Assembly (NCBI GenBank): GCA_019058245.1
Contig: JAHPZJ010000023.1
Coordinates: forward strand, 1 to 64,000
Source of the DNA: Promethearchaeota archaeon
Lineage (GTDB): Archaea; Asgardarchaeota; Lokiarchaeia; Sigyniarchaeales; SOKP01
DNA length: 64,000 nucleotides
Direction: 5' to 3'
Shown here: piece after piece, positions 60,564-64,000 of the stretch
How the letters are laid out: every line of letters begins with the position of its first letter
How positions within the stretch are numbered: the stretch's first letter is position 1
The notes under the pieces: generated by a model
The model's input: only the letters and a program-made list of their open reading frames with translations
The model's database searches: none
What the model was told of the DNA's origin: nothing
Program-made: the position numbers and the translations under genes

Positions 60564-60722
60564 CTATTTAACACCTAAATTATATCTTTAGATATAGCAT
60601 AAATAATAAGTTGAATTATATATACAATATTTTTCAAGATTTCTATTAATCTCAAAATTAAAGATTTATTACCTCACTTACTTGTTAAAATTATAAAAAG
60701 TGCATAATTACAGAAAACTCTT

Positions 60723-63700
60723 CTACCAGTAAATCTCTTTTAATGTTTTATGGTATTCATTAAGCGATTTAATTTCAAGTTCTTTTCTGCGAAATTTCTC
60801 TATAGCATCTACTAATGCTTCGGCAAGTTGTAAGTTAATAAATACAGGGATATTATAATCAACAGCCATTCTTCTAATTTTGTATTCATCTTCCATTATA
60901 GTCCTGAATTTTTCTTGAACAGTTGTAGGAAGGGGAATATTAATTACGAGATCAATAGCTCCGTTTTGCAGACATTCCATGATGTTTGGTTCCATACCAT
61001 ATTCATGTATCTTATAAAGTTTGACAGCATAGATGCCATTATTTTTTAACGCAATAGAAGTGTCTTCTGTTGCAAAAATTGTAAAACCTAAATCCTTTAA
61101 TTTATGTGCTAATGGAATTACTTTCTTTTTGAGCTCTTCTCCGCCTACAGATATTAAGACATTACCTCCATTAATTGGGATATTCATCTCTGCAGCTTCC
61201 ATTGATTTAATTAACGCATCAGAAAAATCATCCCCAATGCATGCAATTTCACCTGTTGATGCCATCTCAACAGAAAGTATTGGATCGGCTTTATCTAATC
61301 TCATAAAGGAGAACATAGGAGATTTGATTGCGACATAGTTTCCATATGGCATATTCATTAATCTATCTGGAATCTGCTTGCCCATAAACACTTCAGCAGC
61401 TAGACGCATTAGGTTGATACCACGAGTTTTTGAAACATAAGGCATACTACGACTTGATCGAAGGTTACACTCAATTACATAGACTGCTTCATTCTTTACA
61501 AGGTATTGGACATTGAAAGGACCCTTAATTTTTAATGCTAATGCAATTTCTTTAGTGTTTTTCTCAATTGTTTTAATAACTTTATCAGAAATCGTCTGTG
61601 GAGGGATTGTCATTGTTGCATCGCCACTATGCACCCCTGCATTCTCTATGTGCTCAACTATTGCACCTATAAAGACATTAGTTCCATCAGATACTCCATC
61701 AGCTTCCACTTCCCTTGCTCCGGTAAAGAATTTAGTGATTACGACAGGATATTCTTGAGAGACTGCTGCTGCGAGGTCAAGAGTATCTCTTAGAGTCTTT
61801 TCATCATATGAAACTCTCATTGCAGCACCACTTAAAACATATGAAGGTCGTACTAATACGGGATATCCTACTTTTTTAGCGAATTTAAGAGCTTCCTCTT
61901 TATTCATCAACATGCTCCATTGAGGCTGACTAATCTTTAATTGATCTAATAGGTTACTGAATTTTGAACGGTCTTCTGCCATGTCAATTCTGCTACCATG
62001 TGTCCCTAATATGTTTAGATTTACCTTTCTGAAAAATTCAGAATATTTTGAAAACTTTGCAGCAAGATTTTGTGCAATTTGACCACCTACAGATACTATT
62101 ACTCCATCGGGTTTTTCAAGTTCAACAATATCTAATACTCTCTCTCCAGATAATTCTTCAAAATAAAGTTTATCGGAAGTGTCATAATCAGTAGAGACCG
62201 TTTCTGGATTGTAATTTACCATAATTGCTTGATCAATCCCTAACTTTTTTAAACCCCAAAGGCAATTCACTGAACCCCAATCAAATTCTACAGAAGCTCC
62301 AATACGATAAGTTCCAGAACCAAGAACAATTAACTTTCTTAAATTTTGTTTACTTTCATGTTCAAAGTCAATATCATGTTCAGACGCTGCATAGGTCAAA
62401 TAAAGATAATTAGTAATTGCAGGCCATTCTGCAGCTAACGTATCTATTCTTTTTACATATGGTTGAATTTGATATTTTCTCTTTAAAATCTGTCTTATTG
62501 TAATTACATCTAATCCCATAATTTTAGCTATTTGCCCATCTGAGAATCCAAAACGCTTTGCTCGTTCAAACCAATAGATTTTATCATCATCACTGGTCTC
62601 TAAAAATTCGATATTTTCTAATTCTTTTTCAATACCAATAATATTTTTTATTTTATAGAGAAACCATTTATCTATTCGAGACAGTTGGTATATTTCATGA
62701 ATAGAAATTCCTTTCTTTATTGCTTCTACTATTCTAAATATCCTTAAATCTGTAGGATTATGCAATGCATATTTTAATTCATTAATATCTTCAATTAAAT
62801 TTATCTCATTCCCCACTATTCCTTTCATACCAATATCTAACATGCGGATACCTTTTTGAAGAACCTCCTCAAAAGTACGACCAATTGCCATTATTTCTCC
62901 AACACTTTTCATTTGTGAACCGATTTTTCGATCTACTCTTTGGAATTTTGTTAAGTCCCATCTAGGTATTTTTAAGACTAGATAATCCAAAGCAGGTTCA
63001 AAGCATGCTGTAGTAATCCCAGTAATTTTATTCTTTAGCTCTGGTAACGTGTATCCAATTGCTAGTTTTGCTGCAATATATGCCAATGGATATCCCGTAG
63101 CTTTTGAAGCCAACGCAGAAGAACGGGATAAACGAGCATTTACTTCTATTGCTCTAAATTCTTTTGAAAATGGATCTAATCCATATTGGATATTGCATTC
63201 ACCAATAATTCCAAGATTTCTTATAACACGGATAGAAGCCGAACGTAACATTTGGTATTCTTCATTTGTTAAGGTTTGGCTAGGAGCAACAACAATAGAT
63301 TCGCCTGTGTGAATTCCTACAGGGTCAAAATTTTCCATATTACAATTAATAAAACAATTATCTTCAGTATCTCTTACTACTTCATATTCTATTTCCTTCC
63401 AACCCCATATACTTTCTTCTATTAATATTTGGTTTATTCTTGATTGAGCAAGTCCTTTCCTAGCCATCTTTTCAAATTCCTTCATATTACTACATATCCC
63501 TGATCCTCTGCCACCCAATGTATAAGCCACTCGAATCATACATGGAAATCCAATCTCTTCTGCTGCTTTTATCGCATCACTATAAGAAGATACAGCTTTA
63601 CTTTTACACACTTTAACTCCCGATTTATCCATAGCTTGTATAAAAAGATCTCTATCTTCTGTTGCTTCAATGGCTTCTATTGGAGTACCTAAAACCTGCA

Positions 63701-64000
63701 CATTATACTTCTTAAGAATTCCCAATTCGTTCAATTCAACACCAACATTTAAGGCAGTTTGTCCCCCAAAAGCTAATAAAATTCCATTAGGTTTCTCTTT
63801 TTTGATTACCTCCTCTACATAATTTACATTAATAGGTAATAAATAAACCCTATCCGATAATTCAGGATCAGTTTGAATAGTTGCGATATTAGGATTGATT
63901 AGGATAGTTTCTATACCTTCTTCCTTAAGAGCTTTAAGTACTTGAGAACCACTATAATCAAATTCACCTGCTTGACCGATCCTAATACCTCCACTTCCTA
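60723..64000 (-). CDS. carB: carbamoyl-phosphate synthase large subunit (5' end outside window)
   Basis: Frame open to window edge: GSGGIRIGQAGEFDYSGSQ; two ATP-grasp domains plus MGS domain. Confidence 0.97.
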   Translation of the reverse strand, partial: GSGGIRIGQAGEFDYSGSQVLKALKEEGIETILINPNIATIQTDPELSDRVYLLPINVNYVEEVIKKEKPNGILLAFGGQTALNVGVELNELGILKKYNVQVLGTPIEAIEATEDRDLFIQAMDKSGVKVCKSKAVSSYSDAIKAAEEIGFPCMIRVAYTLGGRGSGICSNMKEFEKMARKGLAQSRINQILIEESIWGWKEIEYEVVRDTEDNCFINCNMENFDPVGIHTGESIVVAPSQTLTNEEYQMLRSASIRVIRNLGIIGECNIQYGLDPFSKEFRAIEVNARLSRSSALASKATGYPLAYIAAKLAIGYTLPELKNKITGITTACFEPALDYLVLKIPRWDLTKFQRVDRKIGSQMKSVGEIMAIGRTFEEVLQKGIRMLDIGMKGIVGNEINLIEDINELKYALHNPTDLRIFRIVEAIKKGISIHEIYQLSRIDKWFLYKIKNIIGIEKELENIEFLETSDDDKIYWFERAKRFGFSDGQIAKIMGLDVITIRQILKRKYQIQPYVKRIDTLAAEWPAITNYLYLTYAASEHDIDFEHESKQNLRKLIVLGSGTYRIGASVEFDWGSVNCLWGLKKLGIDQAIMVNYNPETVSTDYDTSDKLYFEELSGERVLDIVELEKPDGVIVSVGGQIAQNLAAKFSKYSEFFRKVNLNILGTHGSRIDMAEDRSKFSNLLDQLKISQPQWSMLMNKEEALKFAKKVGYPVLVRPSYVLSGAAMRVSYDEKTLRDTLDLAAAVSQEYPVVITKFFTGAREVEADGVSDGTNVFIGAIVEHIENAGVHSGDATMTIPPQTISDKVIKTIEKNTKEIALALKIKGPFNVQYLVKNEAVYVIECNLRSSRSMPYVSKTRGINLMRLAAEVFMGKQIPDRLMNMPYGNYVAIKSPMFSFMRLDKADPILSVEMASTGEIACIGDDFSDALIKSMEAAEMNIPINGGNVLISVGGEELKKKVIPLAHKLKDLGFTIFATEDTSIALKNNGIYAVKLYKIHEYGMEPNIMECLQNGAIDLVINIPLPTTVQEKFRTIMEDEYKIRRMAVDYNIPVFINLQLAEALVDAIEKFRRKELEIKSLNEYHKTLKEIYW

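Noticed and set aside
1-64000. Global reassignment of TGA to an amino acid
   Set aside because: TGA terminates intact genes (for example 22226, 29627, 52560) and Trp is encoded by TGG throughout
1-64000. CRISPR arrays, transposases, integrases, tRNA or rRNA genes
   Set aside because: No spaced direct repeats, DDE/tyrosine-recombinase ORFs or cloverleaf sequences seen by eye

Overview
AT-rich (~30% GC by eye) archaeal chromosomal segment, most consistent with an Asgard archaeon (Lokiarchaeia-like). Supporting features are archaeal uS10 and SRP RNA, BRE-TATA promoters, and longin, Bud23-like, LRR, bactofilin and SBBP proteins. About 22-64 kb is a large nitrogen-assimilation region: GDH with SudAB, GuaA, two glutamate synthase systems (one headed by an HdrB-HdrC fusion), two GlnA, AmtB-GlnK, NadE, CarB and Lrp regulators. 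The strongest signal missed by the ORF track is two ~30-nt bulge-helix-bulge (tRNA-type) introns in protein-coding genes: a response regulator (13253-13283) and a nucleotide-sugar dehydrogenase (15430-15459). Removing each at the canonical endonuclease cut sites exactly restores the conserved N-terminal motif. Also hidden are two adjacent small ORFs with Cys-x(2-4)-UGA (candidate selenoproteins) sharing a 3' hairpin, a C/D-box sRNA, a GGGA-N6-TCCC operator regulon, a base-for-base conserved glnA promoter architecture, and ATA/ATC start codons including on rps10.
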